DNA of 64,000 nucleotides from Chrysomallon squamiferum (GCA_012295275.1 CM022669.1:1922001-1986000); one strand, 5' to 3'; counted from the first letter of the stretch, positions 1 through 12,830 are shown. Notes: generated by a model from the sequence alone, not told the origin. Made by a program: numbers and translations.

Positions 1-203
1 TATAGATTAAAATTCATTTTTTGTAAACAAAATTATTTCTAAGATAAGTATATATATGGACAATGTATCAAAGTAAGTTGTATCTTTCAAAAATACATAA
101 TCAAAATATAAGCCAACTGATCACTAAGAAAACAAAGAAATTATTCAGTGTAAAGCATATAAAATATATTTAGATTATTTGTTTTTCAAAGTGAATGACT
201 TAC

Positions 204-374
204 ATTTTTCTGTGCAAGGCAATAGGGTAATGGCAGACATGATAACACAAAGGCTGGTGTTGATGCCTATGATCACTCTGTTTGTGAGGCAGTCATTGAA
301 AGCATAGTAAATAAACAGCAGAACCACACCAAGAACACACATGATAAAGAATATGACAGCAATAAGAATTGTGG
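204..374 (-). CDS. SERINC5: SERINC exon 7 (TILIAVIFF...[30 protein letters not shown])
   Basis: ttccag / gtaagt boundaries, 171 nt, two TM helices around the conserved C-x-x-N motif. Confidence 0.9.
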
Positions 375-3300
375 CTGGAATTACAACAGAAAAATATGAA
401 AGCAGTAAGAATTGTGAATGAAACTACAACTGAAAAATATTAAAGGTGCACGGAATTGTAGCAGGAATTACAATAGAAAAAAATATATGACAGCAACAAA
501 AACTGAATAAGATGAATAAGATCAGTGGCTGATATTATATTAGAAAATATAACAGGATAATGAAATATGGTTTTATTACAATATTAAAAACAATTATAAT
601 TAAAATTCAGATGGCAATAAAAATTATAAAAATTGTAAAATAATTTTAAAAACTAAAAAACAACAATAAGTGAATAAGTTAAAATACACCAATAACAATA
701 GTTCCTGCTAATATAAAAAAAGAAAGAAAAAAAAGAAATTATATGCTGTCATATAAATCTATAAATATAGCAATATTTGTGTGATGAATCCATGCTGAAT
801 AGTTCTATATTCTTTTTTATCTATTCTGTATTAAACAATTTAAAAGAATTTACTACTGAAAAAGGTTCAGTGAGATATATTTTGAGTTTATCAAAATGTT
901 AATCAAAACAAAATGAAATACACCATGCATAAGGAACATACCTATATAACCACATTTGTTTTTTCTACCAGATTTTCTTCCTACCCTAAAAATGTAACAT
1001 TTAATTATTATTAGTTATAATATAAATAAAGTCATCTAAATAACGAAACATTAAGATCAGTTTAATACAACAGATCCTTTCTAAATGTAATTCTAGAAGC
1101 CATAGTGGTCATCATACATAAAAAAGGGAAGATAATATTTAGCATTATTTTACTAAAAAATAATTCTCTTATGACGATGTTTCAATACATATATCAACTG
1201 TATTGTTATTGTACTTAAGACATTTGACATTAATTTATGTGTGTTTGTGAGATTTATTAATCTCTGTTAAAACACAAACCATGAGGCATGCCATGAATGT
1301 GTGAAGTCAACGAGTAAAATGAGCTGAAAAAGAATGAAGAGAAAACCTCCTGCCATTCCTATGTACATCAGATCTGGAAAATAATAATTTTAATTATAAA
1401 TACTTAAAAATAAGCAGTAACACCAGTCACTAGATCTATTTTTTTCTAAAAGACAAAATTAACAATTATTTCCATAATCATTACCATTGCTATTACTATT
1501 TGCTACTTATTACATCATGGCAGTATTAACTATAAAAATATCTGTGATACCACTCTCATCAACACTACTACCACTGCTATTGTTTCTTTGCTATTGCTAT
1601 TTGGTTTTACTTATTATATTAATACTGTGCTACAGTTCAACTGAGATAAGTAATTAATTTAGTCTTATTGCAGGTACACCAAAAAACTGATGTCACAAAA
1701 CCCAACCAAAAATTACAAATGTTGTCACACTCGATTCAAATTGCTCCACAAAATTTTCTCTGAATTGTCTTGCCTGCAAAATTATATATGATCTTTTTGT
1801 GTAATTTTGATTGAAGAACAGCTCTACATCCACAATTATAATTAATTTGCATACACTGTCCTTTAGGGAAAAAAAAGGAATTTTACTAACTTCATTCAAA
1901 CAAATTTTAAATTTTTCAACCGAATAACTTCAAACTTTTACTTGACGATATGTATCAAAATAATTCTTTTGGGTCATTCCGTGTCAAATCACCCAATGGT
2001 TTAAACCCGACCGTCTCAGATTTTTAAGAAACTTGGTATACTTGTTGACTGGGATCCCACAGCACCAAATCTGAAATTTTAGCTCAATCAGACCAGTGGT
2101 GTGGGAGATACGGCCCACCGAATTTTGAGATTTTTGCCAACCTTAGAACCCTCATATCTCAGGAACTACTGAAAGAAAGACAAAATGACAAGGATACCAA
2201 ATCTGCCATTTTTGTTTAGTTTGGAAAATATTGGAGTACCTTGACCTTTTGACCTTTGCTATGACCTTGAAATTGACCGTGTGGAGCACGTGATCTTGAG
2301 ATGACCTTTATTGAAATTTAATCTCCCACATGTTAACTAAAACATATAAAAGTTTCCTGGGTGTAATATTTTTTGTTTAGCCACAATATAGATTTAAAAA
2401 ATGCACATACATGAAAATAACACCTTTTCAGCCATTAACATCTGATTAACTAAAACCTGAATGATCAATTCTGGATGCTAGGGATCACCTTCTTTCTTGA
2501 TCATCGAGTAAGACATTGTAGGCCTACATGTATGCATAAAGTTCACATAAATTTGACAGAACTAGGTGTTTCTGATGCTTAACCTTCTCACTATGTTTGT
2601 TTCAAATGCTCACTGTATCTTTCATTCCCAGACACATTCTACTGTTCTCATCACTTTCATAAAATTGGATTATTTCCTCCTTCAATTCATTGTCCTTTCA
2701 ATGGTAAAGGGTGACAAAATCAAGATTTGCACACGCTCTGGGTAGGATTCAGACATTAAGATGTCATTTTAATGTTACTGTAGCTGATGCTAGTTTTTTT
2801 TCTGTCCTTTCATTCATTTACTGGAATGTGCTAGAGAATGAAATTTGACAGGAGTTTCACCTAAACTCGACAGAATAGAATTCAAATCAAACTCCTTTTC
2901 TGGGGAAACAACAACCAGCGGTTTGTCTGGCAAGTTATCACCAAATTCTCCCATTGTAATACCACCCATACTAAAGCCATCTTCTGCAGGACCTTTGATT
3001 TCTGAAGGGTAATCAGACAGTCACATCACAACTTGTCTCCTGGCACTAGTGTCTTTGGAGGATTTACTAAGCATTTGTAAGTGCCCACGCTAACAATTCT
3101 TAAAGATCTAGTGCGTGCTTGCTCAGTGGCGATTAAGGGGATCACAACAGTTTTTTCTGCAATGTTGAAAATTTGATGAAAATTTCTTGTTCATGATACT
3201 CTTGATGTCCCGTGTTTCGATCCCACTTCAAAGAGTGAGGAGTTCGACTTCCTCAGTTTTCCATACACTTCGCAACAACTCCTTTTTGATATGATGGTGT

Positions 3301-6300
3301 TGATAACACACATTTTCAGGAGAGTTAAAGCTGCAGTTAGCCCTGGAAGAAATAAGGATTTTCAGTATTGGCCTGCACCTTCAATTCAATAGAACAAAGT
3401 CAGTGCTTTCCTAAATATTAAATCAAATCCTGAAACCCTTTCAGTAAAGTTAAGCAGGTCATAAAATGGCAGCAGAGTACATGTGTTATTGCCAAAGGCC
3501 CACAAGTCTTGGGCATTTATGTCAATCTTCTCAAGTATAAATCACAGTTTATTAAGGTGAAGTAGACCTTGTTCATACTCTGTGCCAAAGACTGGGTGTA
3601 CAAATACATTATGCAGTACATCACTTGATGACGTCTGATTTCAGACTGGGTTGTAAGGTTGTTGACTGAAACCTTGTTCAAAACCAATGGCAAGGCCCAC
3701 ATGACATGATAAAATTACTTAATAGGTTTTATGAAATAAAAATATTGTTTATATATCAACATCTGACACTGTGTCCAACCTAAAAAGCTTCAGATTGTCA
3801 AAAAAATGCAGATGAAGAAACTTCTTTGTCTTAAACTTCTAATTGCCATGTGCTCAATGGGGATTGCACCAGGGAATCTAAAGGAGTTCCTGACCTGCCT
3901 GAAGCATCACTTCCTGTTAACCCTTTCAGCCTGATTGTGTAGAACATGTCATGCCATTTGGCATCTTTTCATATCCTTCAGGCATTCCTTCAGACATGTC
4001 AGGTGGGTTTTAACTCCAAAGATGAGTTTTTAGTCTCAGAGAAAATGTACATTGTAATGCACTGTATCAATCATCCATGCAGGTATGCATTTATTTAAAT
4101 CTCTATTATGGCTAAACAAAAAATATTATACCCAGGAAACTTTTATATGTGAACTTTATGCATACATGTAGGCCTACAATGTCTTACTCGATGATCAAGA
4201 GAGATGGTGATTCCTAGCATCCAGAATTGATCATTCAGGTTTTAGTTAATCAGATGTTAATGGCTGAAAAGGTGTTATTTTCATGTATGTGCATTTTTTA
4301 AATCTATATTGTGGCTAAACAAAAAATATTACACCCAGGAAACTTTTATATGTTTTAGTTAACACGTGGGAGATTAAATTTCAATAAAGGTCATCTCAAG
4401 ATCACGTGATCCACACGGTCAATTTCAAGGTCATAGCAAAGGTCAAAAGGTCAAGGTACTCCAATATTTTCCAAACTAAACAAAAATGGCAGATTTGGTA
4501 TCCTTGTCATTTTGCCTTTCTAACAATACCAATTTTATGAAGATTGGCCCAGAAGTTCCTGAGATATGAGGGTTCTAAGGTTGGTGGTCACACCCATTTT
4601 TGGCAAAAATCTCAAAATTCGGTGGGCCGTATCTCCCACACCACTGGTCTGATTGAGCTAAAATTTCAGATTTGGTGCTGTGGGATCCCAGTCAACAAGT
4701 ATACCAAGTTTCATAAAAATCTGAGACGGTCGGGTTTAAATTTCTTTTTTTGGGGGGTGATTTGACACGGAATGACCCTTTTCATAATCTGAAGAAAATA
4801 TACATTTTCAATTTCAATCTGATGTAGTTAGATGGAAATCTTTTGATGAGAATGTGCTCTAATTCATCCATTAAGGTGACAATCCTACTTCAGTAGCCAC
4901 ATAAGTGATCTGATTATTGACATGTTTATCAGTCATGTTTATTTTTAAATATATTCCTGTAAATTAATACAAATCACCTTAATTTTTATAAATTGTAACC
5001 TCTGTTATTTTAACTTATGCCAAGATATTTAATAAATTGTGAGCCAGCATATTCATATATGAAGCAAAACTTGGCAACAAAATAATTAGAATATAATATT
5101 GTTTCTTCTTTAATATATAATCTTTAATATGTAACATCTTAATTATTTTTTGAGTAAGCATATTAAAATTAATACAATATGCCTAAATTAATTACTGATC
5201 TCAACTGAACTGCAGCATAGTATTAATATAAAAAAATGAACCACTATTAATCCAAATATAACCTTCCCTAACTGTTAACTAAACTCCTGAACTCAAGGCA
5301 ACAGTTGTAATATAATATGGTCATGTCATATGACCTTACAGTTCCCAGTGCTAACATATTTCCCTATAGGAGTCAATAATCTTAATTTATCTTGCTAGCA
5401 CTTACTCGACTCAGATTATTTTATGAAGTAATTATTTTAATAACATTAAATACTGACTTCTGTTGAATAGGAAATAATAGTTGTTTTTTCTCTACTCTAT
5501 AATAAATTTAAATAAATAAAATAATAATAATAATAATAAAATAAAAAAATAATAATTTAAAAAAAAAAAAAAAAATTATAAATAAAATAAAACAAAATAA
5601 AAGAAACTAACTAATTAAATAAATAAAAAATTACTACAGAAAAGATGAAAGGATTCTGTCTTTAAAAAGTGCACTTAACAAAGATATATATAAAACAACT
5701 TACACAAACTGTAACTAGAGGGGATGGAAAAGGCTGCAGCACATAAGGCACAAAGAATTAATAACTTGAATAACCAGTACCTGAAAAATAATGAATAAGT
5801 TAATTAGTCTTAATTAGAAAACTGCTAGCAGAGACCTTCTACCCTACTAAAGCTAAAGATCTATGATTTATAGTTTGTGCATAACACCAGTCCCACCATT
5901 AACCACAATCATCTGCTAAAAACTGTAAGCACAGATAAAAGTTTTAATGTTTTATTACAAGTTAAGAAACTTTGAGCAATTTTGGTCTAATTGAATTAAA
6001 ACCAGCTTTGCTGAAAAGTAATTAATAATAGTTAGTGTTATTTATCTTATGATACATGAAAAATAATTTATAAACTGTTTATTATTAATTATATGAATAT
6101 ATATATATACGATTTATATATTGTTTCATACTGTTAATTACATTAAGCTAGAAAAATAACTTACAATTTATTAATAGTTTCTTTGAAAGTTGAAATAAAG
6201 ATGAATTATTAATGATTTGATGATAATTCAATTCTGTGTTTACAAAACATGAAATATGTTATTTATGATTTCCTTTATTTCTTCTGATTTTTTCTCCTTT

Positions 6301-8611
6301 TATTTATTTTTGTTTTGTTTTATATTCTGTAATGGGAATACTGTGTATGTAAATGCAATGTTTTATCAAACTGGTATTTTAGTTGAATACACTCTATGCA
6401 TTACATCAATTAATTCATCAGTTTTTATTTACATAAATACATCACACACCCACCCATCCACCCCCAAGCCATATACACATCTACAAACAACATGTAATGG
6501 GAATGTTGTGAATGTAAATACAATATTTTATCAAACTGATATTTTAATGGAATCCAGTTTATGCACTACTTCAATTAATTCATCAGTTTTTATTTACATA
6601 CACATACACAAATACATCATGCACCCATCCTCTCAGCCATATACATATATACATATACATAAACAGTTTAGATATTTCAGTGGTAAGAAATTTATAACTA
6701 TATATAAATATATTACTGTATGGATGTGACTTAGTTAATTTTTAAAAGAAAATGAAAGACTTTTTCTTGTAAATTACTTCATGGAATAACAGATGGAAAT
6801 ATCCAACATATTTAAATTAATTACCCATTTTGTATGGAAGCTCTCCAGTGGCTACTTGATGGAACAAATGGGGTGATCAGCAAAAGAATGAAGTGAAAGG
6901 AGACGCTTCCAAGACACAGACGATATACTGCTTTGTATCCAACTAGTCGACTGCAGTTCTCACCTGCCAGAAGCAAGACACATGTCTCATTAAATCGAGG
7001 AACCTAAAAAGCAAAAAAGCAATTTTAATCATTCATTTAATTAATCTAATTACTTGTTTGCTCTTGAGAAATACTAGTATTATTCACTAATTTTTTATTC
7101 ATTCAGATAATACACTCATTACTATCCATTCATTTAATACTTTAATTACTATTCACTTATTATTAACTCATACATGACACTATTCATTTATATGTAAATA
7201 TTATTCACTCATGTTATTATTATTATTATTATTATTCATTCATGCAAAGTACTTTTTAATTATTAATTTCTGGAAGACATTAATTATTAATCACTAATAT
7301 AATATATTATTCTAATTTTCTCTAAACATTCTAAGATCTTGTACATCAACTGTGACAGTTTCTTTTGAAAACATGGTAAACCCTTGAAAATAAACCTATA
7401 CAAAGATTTTTATTTTTCAGAAATAAATTAGTTACCAATTTCAAAATGATACTTACGGTCTCAATAAGAAGATTTTCTAACTCTGGAGATAACATTATGC
7501 ATGCCACAACAAAGATCATTACAAGGAAGAGTGTGTACATTATTCGTGTTCCTGTCGATTCGTTGATTGGTGGAAGACATCTTGAACAGAGGGCACAAGA
7601 TGCAGGTCCACAGCAACAGGCAATCTAAATAAAAAAATGTTTAAATCGCTATTTTGCTTAATTGTAATAATAATTAAAAGACTGACATGTGGGAGGTACT
7701 GTTAGTTTGGTGTATCTTTCATGATAAAACAGGTTTATAAGAAAGAAAAAAAAGGAATAATAATAAGTAAAGTCAAATAATAAACTATTTAAATTAGAAA
7801 AACAAAATCAATGGAAAGAATATTTTGATTATATATTATGTAACTTTAAAAATTATATATCCTTGAAACTTGCATGGAATAATTAACTAATAAATATTAC
7901 AGATTGATTATCTAATTAGGAAATTATCATAGCTAATAAAAGTCAATTAAAATCTTATTAATAATTGTGAGGTGCATTAACTTTGCATAAAAATAAAAGA
8001 TACAGATTTGCAAGTAGTTACAGTCATTGTCCTCAGTAACCTTAACTACTTCACTAATTAGTGATACAAGAAATAATTAATAATTTGCAGTTTGAGAAAT
8101 ATTACAAAAACTGATTTCTCATCACCTGACTGTGTGTTAGTTTGCTGTGCAAACAGTTCATCAATATATATATATATATTTCAAAAATAAAAATAATAAT
8201 TATTTGCTTTTAAAATAATTCTTTTTAATGTATGAACTGAATAAGAATCGCTAACGTATTGAAACTTACATCATTTCATATTGTACCTACCTTTGACATT
8301 TAAACACAATTATGTCAAACCTAAATTATAAATTAATAAATATAATTTTAATGTGCAGTTATCACAACAACAAAAATTAACAATAATAATAAGAAGAAAG
8401 TTAATAAATATATAAATAATTCTAAAATAATCATATACTGATGATTAAGGTATCATACAGTAATGGTTATATAACAATATTAAACTTCTAAAGAATCAGC
8501 TGATCAAACAAAAACCTTATTAACATATGATACTATGTTAAAAATTAATTCTTATGAAGTTCGTTTTAACTGTTTTAGTACCTGCGAAGCACAACATCCT
8601 AGCATGGCCAT
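204..8611 (-). CDS. SERINC5: Serine incorporator (SERINC/TDE family, SERINC5-like), 5' portion; exons 8582-8611, 7457-7624, 6825-7003, 5704-5780, 1280-1373, 942-985, 204-374; continues beyond the window start
   Basis: All introns are GT-AG with compatible phases. The joined translation [43 protein letters not shown]...[17 protein letters not shown]...RASIQNG-YWLFKLL...[25 protein letters not shown]...[15 protein letters not shown] matches SERINC hallmarks (Cys-rich N-terminus, GYxAVYR, RAxIxNGxW, [12 protein letters not shown]). The SERINC5 subfamily call is by resemblance. Confidence 0.93.
351..560. repeat. Degenerate ~43-bp tandem repeat derived from the SERINC exon 7 acceptor junction
   Basis: ATATGACAGCAATAAGAATTGTGGCTGGAATTACAACAGAAAA and 3-4 decayed copies. 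Confidence 0.7.
942..985 (-). CDS. SERINC5: SERINC exon 6 ([14 protein letters not shown]), 44 nt
   Basis: ttttag / gtatgt boundaries; bridges phase 2 to phase 1 exactly between exons 5 and 7. Confidence 0.82.
1280..1373 (-). CDS. SERINC5: SERINC exon 5 ([30 protein letters not shown])
   Basis: ttccag / gtttgt boundaries, 94 nt, conserved QLILLVDF motif. Confidence 0.92.
1625..5220. mobile_element. Older MITE-like element (~780 bp without the nested insert) interrupted by Sola2 copy A
   Basis: ~40-bp imperfect TIRs CTGTGCTACAGTTCAACTGAGATAAGTAATTAATTTAG (from 1625) and CTAAATTAATTACTGATCTCAACTGAACTGCAGCATAG (to 5220); TATTAATA on both outer flanks. Confidence 0.7.
1971..4778 (-). mobile_element. 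Non-autonomous Sola2-like DNA transposon, copy A (in SERINC intron 4)
   Basis: Termini GGGTCATTCCGTGTCAAATCACCC / GGGTGATTTGACACGGAATGACCC; ~580-bp imperfect inverted arms; 4-bp TSD TTTT (1967-1970 / 4779-4782); decayed transposase remnant on the minus strand at ~2533-3300. GRG termini with a 4-bp TSD fit Sola2. Confidence 0.85.
5704..5780 (-). CDS. SERINC5: SERINC exon 4 ([25 protein letters not shown])
   Basis: tttcag / gtaagt boundaries, 77 nt, phase 2 to phase 1 fits the neighbouring exons. Confidence 0.9.
6328..6660 (+). repeat. Tandem duplication, ~165-bp unit x2
   Basis: TGTAATGGGAAT...TTTTATCAAACTG...TCAATTAATTCATCAGTTTTTATTTACATA...GCCATATACA is repeated. Confidence 0.85.
6825..7003 (-). 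CDS. SERINC5: SERINC exon 3 (VPRFNETC...[10 protein letters not shown]...RASIQNG)
   Basis: ttttag / gtaat boundaries, 179 nt, conserved GYxAVYR motif. Confidence 0.93.
7457..7624 (-). CDS. SERINC5: SERINC exon 2 ([13 protein letters not shown]...ENLLIET)
   Basis: tttag acceptor, gtaagt donor, 168 nt; overlaps ORF 7346..7540. Confidence 0.92.
8582..8611 (-). CDS. SERINC5: SERINC coding exon 1 ([10 protein letters not shown])
   Basis: ATG at 8611-8609, donor CAG|gtact, phase 0; resembles vertebrate SERINC5 MSAQCCAGQ. Confidence 0.85.
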
Positions 8612-8619
8612 ACTCCTTT

Positions 8620-9000
8620 TTAATTTATCAGACTTGGAGAGTATACTGTTATCTTCATATCTCTTGAATTTTACTGTTTTGAGACGGCTATGTCATATTT
8701 GCGAATGTAAATAATGGTGTTTTTTTTTTTGTTTTTTTTTTTTGTGTATTTGTTTCCGTCGAAGTTCACTTCCCTTGACCTGCACTAAATTACCCGGAAG
8801 TAAATATTTCAACCAAATGCGTTTTCCGCCTTATCAAGGTCGTAATTTCTTTTTTCTTTTTTTTTTATGTCCGATGTTCGTACGATTTGAAATCAAATGC
8901 TCTACGTCATTTCATATATATATTTTTAGTCAATTTTGTAAAATAAGAAAATAATTATTTCGGCGCAAAAACTAATTATTCACGCCCCTGCTAAAATGAT
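8620..9000 (-). promoter_or_regulatory. Probable SERINC promoter / 5' UTR
   Basis: CpG-retaining DNA directly upstream of the ATG; ETS-like CCGGAAGT at ~8793-8801. Confidence 0.5.
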
Positions 9001-9076
9001 AGTATTTATCGAGGGGGGGGGGGCTTTCAATTATAATTGTTTTTTAAATACCCTTATTTTAAATGCATATACGTAT

Positions 9077-9120
<44 letters not shown>

Positions 9121-9884
9121 GGCTGTGTGCATAAAGCGCCCTCACACAAAAACTACACAACTTCGATCTTGATAATACCTTTAATTTCTCTGCCTGATTG
9201 TACAACATGACAGACAGTAGTATAACATTATAAATGATAATATCGTTGTTATATTGCAGAGAATTGGACCAAATATTTTTCTCCCTTGCCAGATATTCTC
9301 TCTTCTCTCTTGAACTCTCTTTCACCGTAGTTACACAGATAACATATCATACCCTGACCAATACTGGCTGACGATCACCGTCCTAGGTTCCTTTACCATA
9401 TATTAATGCGCCATATATCTTAGAGGAATTCATATAAGGAGAAATAAACCTCACACGTTAATGCTGTTTATGTATCTTTAGATTATGTTTGGTGCTTTCA
9501 GTTCAGACACACACACACACACACGTAAAATAGCGGTGACAAAACCCAAAACAATAAAATATAAATTATATACAGGCCCAGTTATCATTCCGTTTTATAA
9601 TTTTTATCACTAGATATATTTTTTTCTGTTATTTACAGATGTTTATAAAAATGTAATAAAATTAACGGTTTTAAAATTTTACTAATGCCTGTCACCTACA
9701 GATCAGAACCACTTGATGAAAAGGATTTGATTGCATTATAAACATTATTTTTCAATTAATTATACTAATTTATGTTTCCAAGTTATTGTTATTATTATTA
9801 TTATTATTATCTGTATATCAAATATATATATATATATATATATATTCCAGCTCCGTAAATTGTTTTTTTGTTGTTTTTTTTTTT

Positions 9885-10165
9885 TTTTTCTGGTATTATT
9901 TTTGTATATTAAAATATGTTATATCCACTTCTAGCGTCATTATATAACTGGTTCTTTTTGTTGTTGTTTGTTTTCTGTTATTACTTTCGTATATAAAAAT
10001 TACACTTCTAGCGTCATTACAAACAATTTTGAACATTAAAATATGTTATATCATCTTTTAGCGACATTATGTAACTGTTTTGTTGTTGTTGTTTGTTTTC
10101 TGTTATTATTTTGTACATTAAAATATTCACTTCTTGCGTCATTACTTAACTTTTGTTGTTGTTTT
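9885..10165. repeat. Degenerate minisatellite, ~4 units
   Basis: Recurring TTTTCTGTTATTATTTTGTA..TTAAAATAT...CACTTCTAGCGTCATTA. Confidence 0.7.
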
Positions 10166-10236
10166 GCCAACAGTTTTCTGCATAATTATTTGTGTTAATG
10201 ATTAACGGCCAGAACACTACGAATATAGATATATTT

Positions 10237-10472
10237 ATGTATGTATGTATGTATGTATGTATGTATGTGTGTGTGTTTAGGATTGAATATTATCTGTCTT
10301 ATATAAGTCTGATTAGACAATATTCGGGAACGCACTGGCACGTGTGGACAAAATGTCCAATCACAACCTTACGAACCTCGTCTGAATTCCGTTGACAAGA
10401 TTCGAACGTAAGCCACTCATTCGCCAATTCTCCAGAGATGGACGACGATACTACTTGGCCATCAAGACAACC
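10237..10472 (-). mobile_element. tRNA-derived SINE candidate
   Basis: On the minus strand: A-box-like TGGCCAAGTAGT near 10460, B-box GTTCGAATC at 10407-10399, and a 3' simple-repeat tail (ACAT)n/(AC)n. Confidence 0.55.
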
Positions 10473-10550
10473 TTGTATATATTATGTATATGTATGGAGG
10501 TATGAATGTATGTGTACATTAATATATGCATGTCTATGTATGAATTAATG

Positions 10551-11477
10551 CAGTTCTCAACCTTTTTTTGCCAACGGCACACCTTGGAACACTTGAAAAA
10601 ATAGTGGCACACCTGGCTAAATATATATGAAAAAATCTGAATTTTGTAAAATAAAAATGTGGCAAATCATAGAGGGCATTCAATCGTAGACACAGACTAG
10701 TCATAGACACATAGAATTATTCAAACTAAATAAAGAAAAACACAGCTATGAACTCACTTCATTGCAGTGTTTCGAATTTCATCAGTCAAATAGCTGGCTT
10801 CTTTAGTGAGAAGTTTGTGCCTGGCTTTTATTCATAATTTCCTCAATGTCTGGTCGAATATGAGACAGAAAGACCCTCATTTCTTCTTCCGTTGTAGGTA
10901 ATCTCTCGCACTTCTTGTTTTTGATATTGTTTAATGTTGAGAAGCCTAATTCATTTATATAAGAAGTTGAAAATCGTAATAAAATTGCTAAAGCTCTTTT
11001 ACATAATATGGAATACTCCTCTTGAATTGAAATCCAAAATGAATCAATAGGCACAGTAGAATGTTTTAATTTTAACCCTCGGTCACAAGAAAGAGTGGCC
11101 AATTCTTCTTCTTCCTGTAACTCTAGTTCAGTTTTGGGGAGAATGATTTATGAAAGGATCTCTAAGCCACTCATACTTTTCTGCCTTTAATGACGGAAAG
11201 TAATTGTTGATACTTTCGTCAGATGAGTAAACACAATAGGGATCATTTCTCTAATGCAGGTAGAACGCAATAAAGGGAACATCAAGATTGACAGTAATTG
11301 CTCTTTTTCACAAATAACTATTTTCTTTTTGAGGGCAACTAACTTATCTGTTGAAGTGAGAATATTTTCGTTTTTACCTTGCATACTACTGTTTGTTTTA
11401 TTTTGGGATCACGTGGTGTTTCGCTTTTTCTTAGCGTGCCGTTCAAAAGTTCGCGGCACACTGGTTGAGAATCACTG
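10551..11477 (-). mobile_element. hAT (Buster/ZBED5-SCAND3-FAM200 type) deletion derivative with a C-terminal transposase remnant
   Basis: Termini CAGTTCTCAACC / GGTTGAGAATCACTG; ORFs 11187..11384 (MQGKNENILTSTDKL) and 10803..11102 (FWISIQEEYSIL...FSTSY..ELGFS...IKNK...IRPDIE...QAQTSH*) are a frameshifted hATC dimerisation region. Confidence 0.88.
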
Positions 11478-11787
11478 CAATAGAAAATAGTTTTATCGCA
11501 GTTCTAGTGAGATATTTGTATTTAATATTTATATTTGTATTGAAAGTACTACAGTTTCCCACTTAGTTCACTTCTTAGAAAATAACCCGTACACACTTAA
11601 ATCTGGCCCTGCATTTCAGTTATATAATATGTTTTGAGGATGTACTAGCAATAGATCCATTAGTGTTTCTTAAGCTCAAGGGTGAATGAATATGTGAAAG
11701 ACATAATAAATTCTGGTATTAATTTATTTTAAAATAAATAAATAAATAAATAAAAAGAGAAAAAAAATCTCATTTATAATAAATATT

Positions 11788-11831
<44 letters not shown>

Positions 11832-12499
11832 TTAAAAATGAAATATATAATTATATACAAGGGTGAAGAAGAAAAAATTCATTGTCCATAATGCAAAGAC
11901 CCAGTTTGGTATCACCATCCCAATTAAGGGAAGTTCCAGCTTCATACTGAATAAAACTTGGAAATAACAAAGCAAGTCTAAAAATAATAAATATGGATAC
12001 ATCTGAATGCTTAATATTTTGCAGTTTATCAGTAATTTCCTGTTTTTCATCAGGTTGTTTCTTGGAAATTGTTTCAGATGAGAACAGTATTTTCCTTCTT
12101 TTTGAGGTCTGTTGTTCCAGCAGGTGCAAAAATTGGTATTAATACCTTTCAATTATTTATTTATGCTGTATACACGAATGTATCGTGTAATAAATACAGC
12201 GTGTAAAAATAATAAATAAAAAATAGCAAATAGCCTCCGTTACGTTATAGTGATGTTTAACAAATCAACACTTTTAAATATATGTATATATTTTTTTTAT
12301 TTTACACCACTTAAGTTATCATAAAACATAAAAATAAAAAATAAAAATAAAATCGGCAGTTTTATTATTGATGCATTAATTCTACAAGAAGAGATAAATA
12401 ATTAATTTTTAATATTATTTATACACAAATTAACTTTCGTATAAGTAAAAATATTTTTAAAGCTGTGGTTTTATCATAATAAAGTTAGAGATATTAAAT

Positions 12500-12830
12500 T
12501 GTAGAGTTTTAATTTATTATCAAACACGAAAACAGCCGAAGCCATATCTAAGAGCCGTCATGGCGGAAATATAAAATTTATAGTGGAAATTAAATTGTAA
12601 ATGTTATTTTTTGAATTCATATAAAAATATGCATAGAAGCAGATTATTATTTAATTTAAGGTAATATGAATTATATTCGTAGAACAGGTAACTGGTGTGC
12701 TTAGTTACAAAGTTTGTAAGGCTGGGAAAACAATAGAATATTTATGTGTCGTCTGGTAAACTTGTTCGACGATGTCACGGTAGGTAATCTGTTTTTGCCA
12801 AGTTTTGTAAGCGAGGACTTAATATTATTA
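12500..12830 (+). promoter_or_regulatory. Candidate NCKX promoter / first non-coding exon
   Basis: CpG-retaining DNA, YY1/ETS-like CATGGCGGAAAT near 12558, followed by donor-like CAG|gtaact and ACG|gtaggt; CpG becomes scarce after ~14.2 kb. Confidence 0.35.

Noticed and set aside
3517-3702. Identical 61-aa ORF at 3517-3702 and 28653-28838 as a duplicated small gene
   Set aside because: It lies inside the two transposon copies; identity reflects element youth, not coding constraint.
6256-6729. 157-aa ORF with an internal repeat
   Set aside because: Antisense within a SERINC intron, explained by the 165-bp tandem duplication and simple repeats; no domain recognised.
9885-10165. CRISPR-like repeat-spacer array
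   Set aside because: Eukaryotic context, units degenerate along their whole length, no unique spacers or cas genes.
10395-10472. tRNA gene
   Set aside because: A/B boxes are present, but no cloverleaf could be folded and a simple-repeat tail follows, which fits a SINE better.
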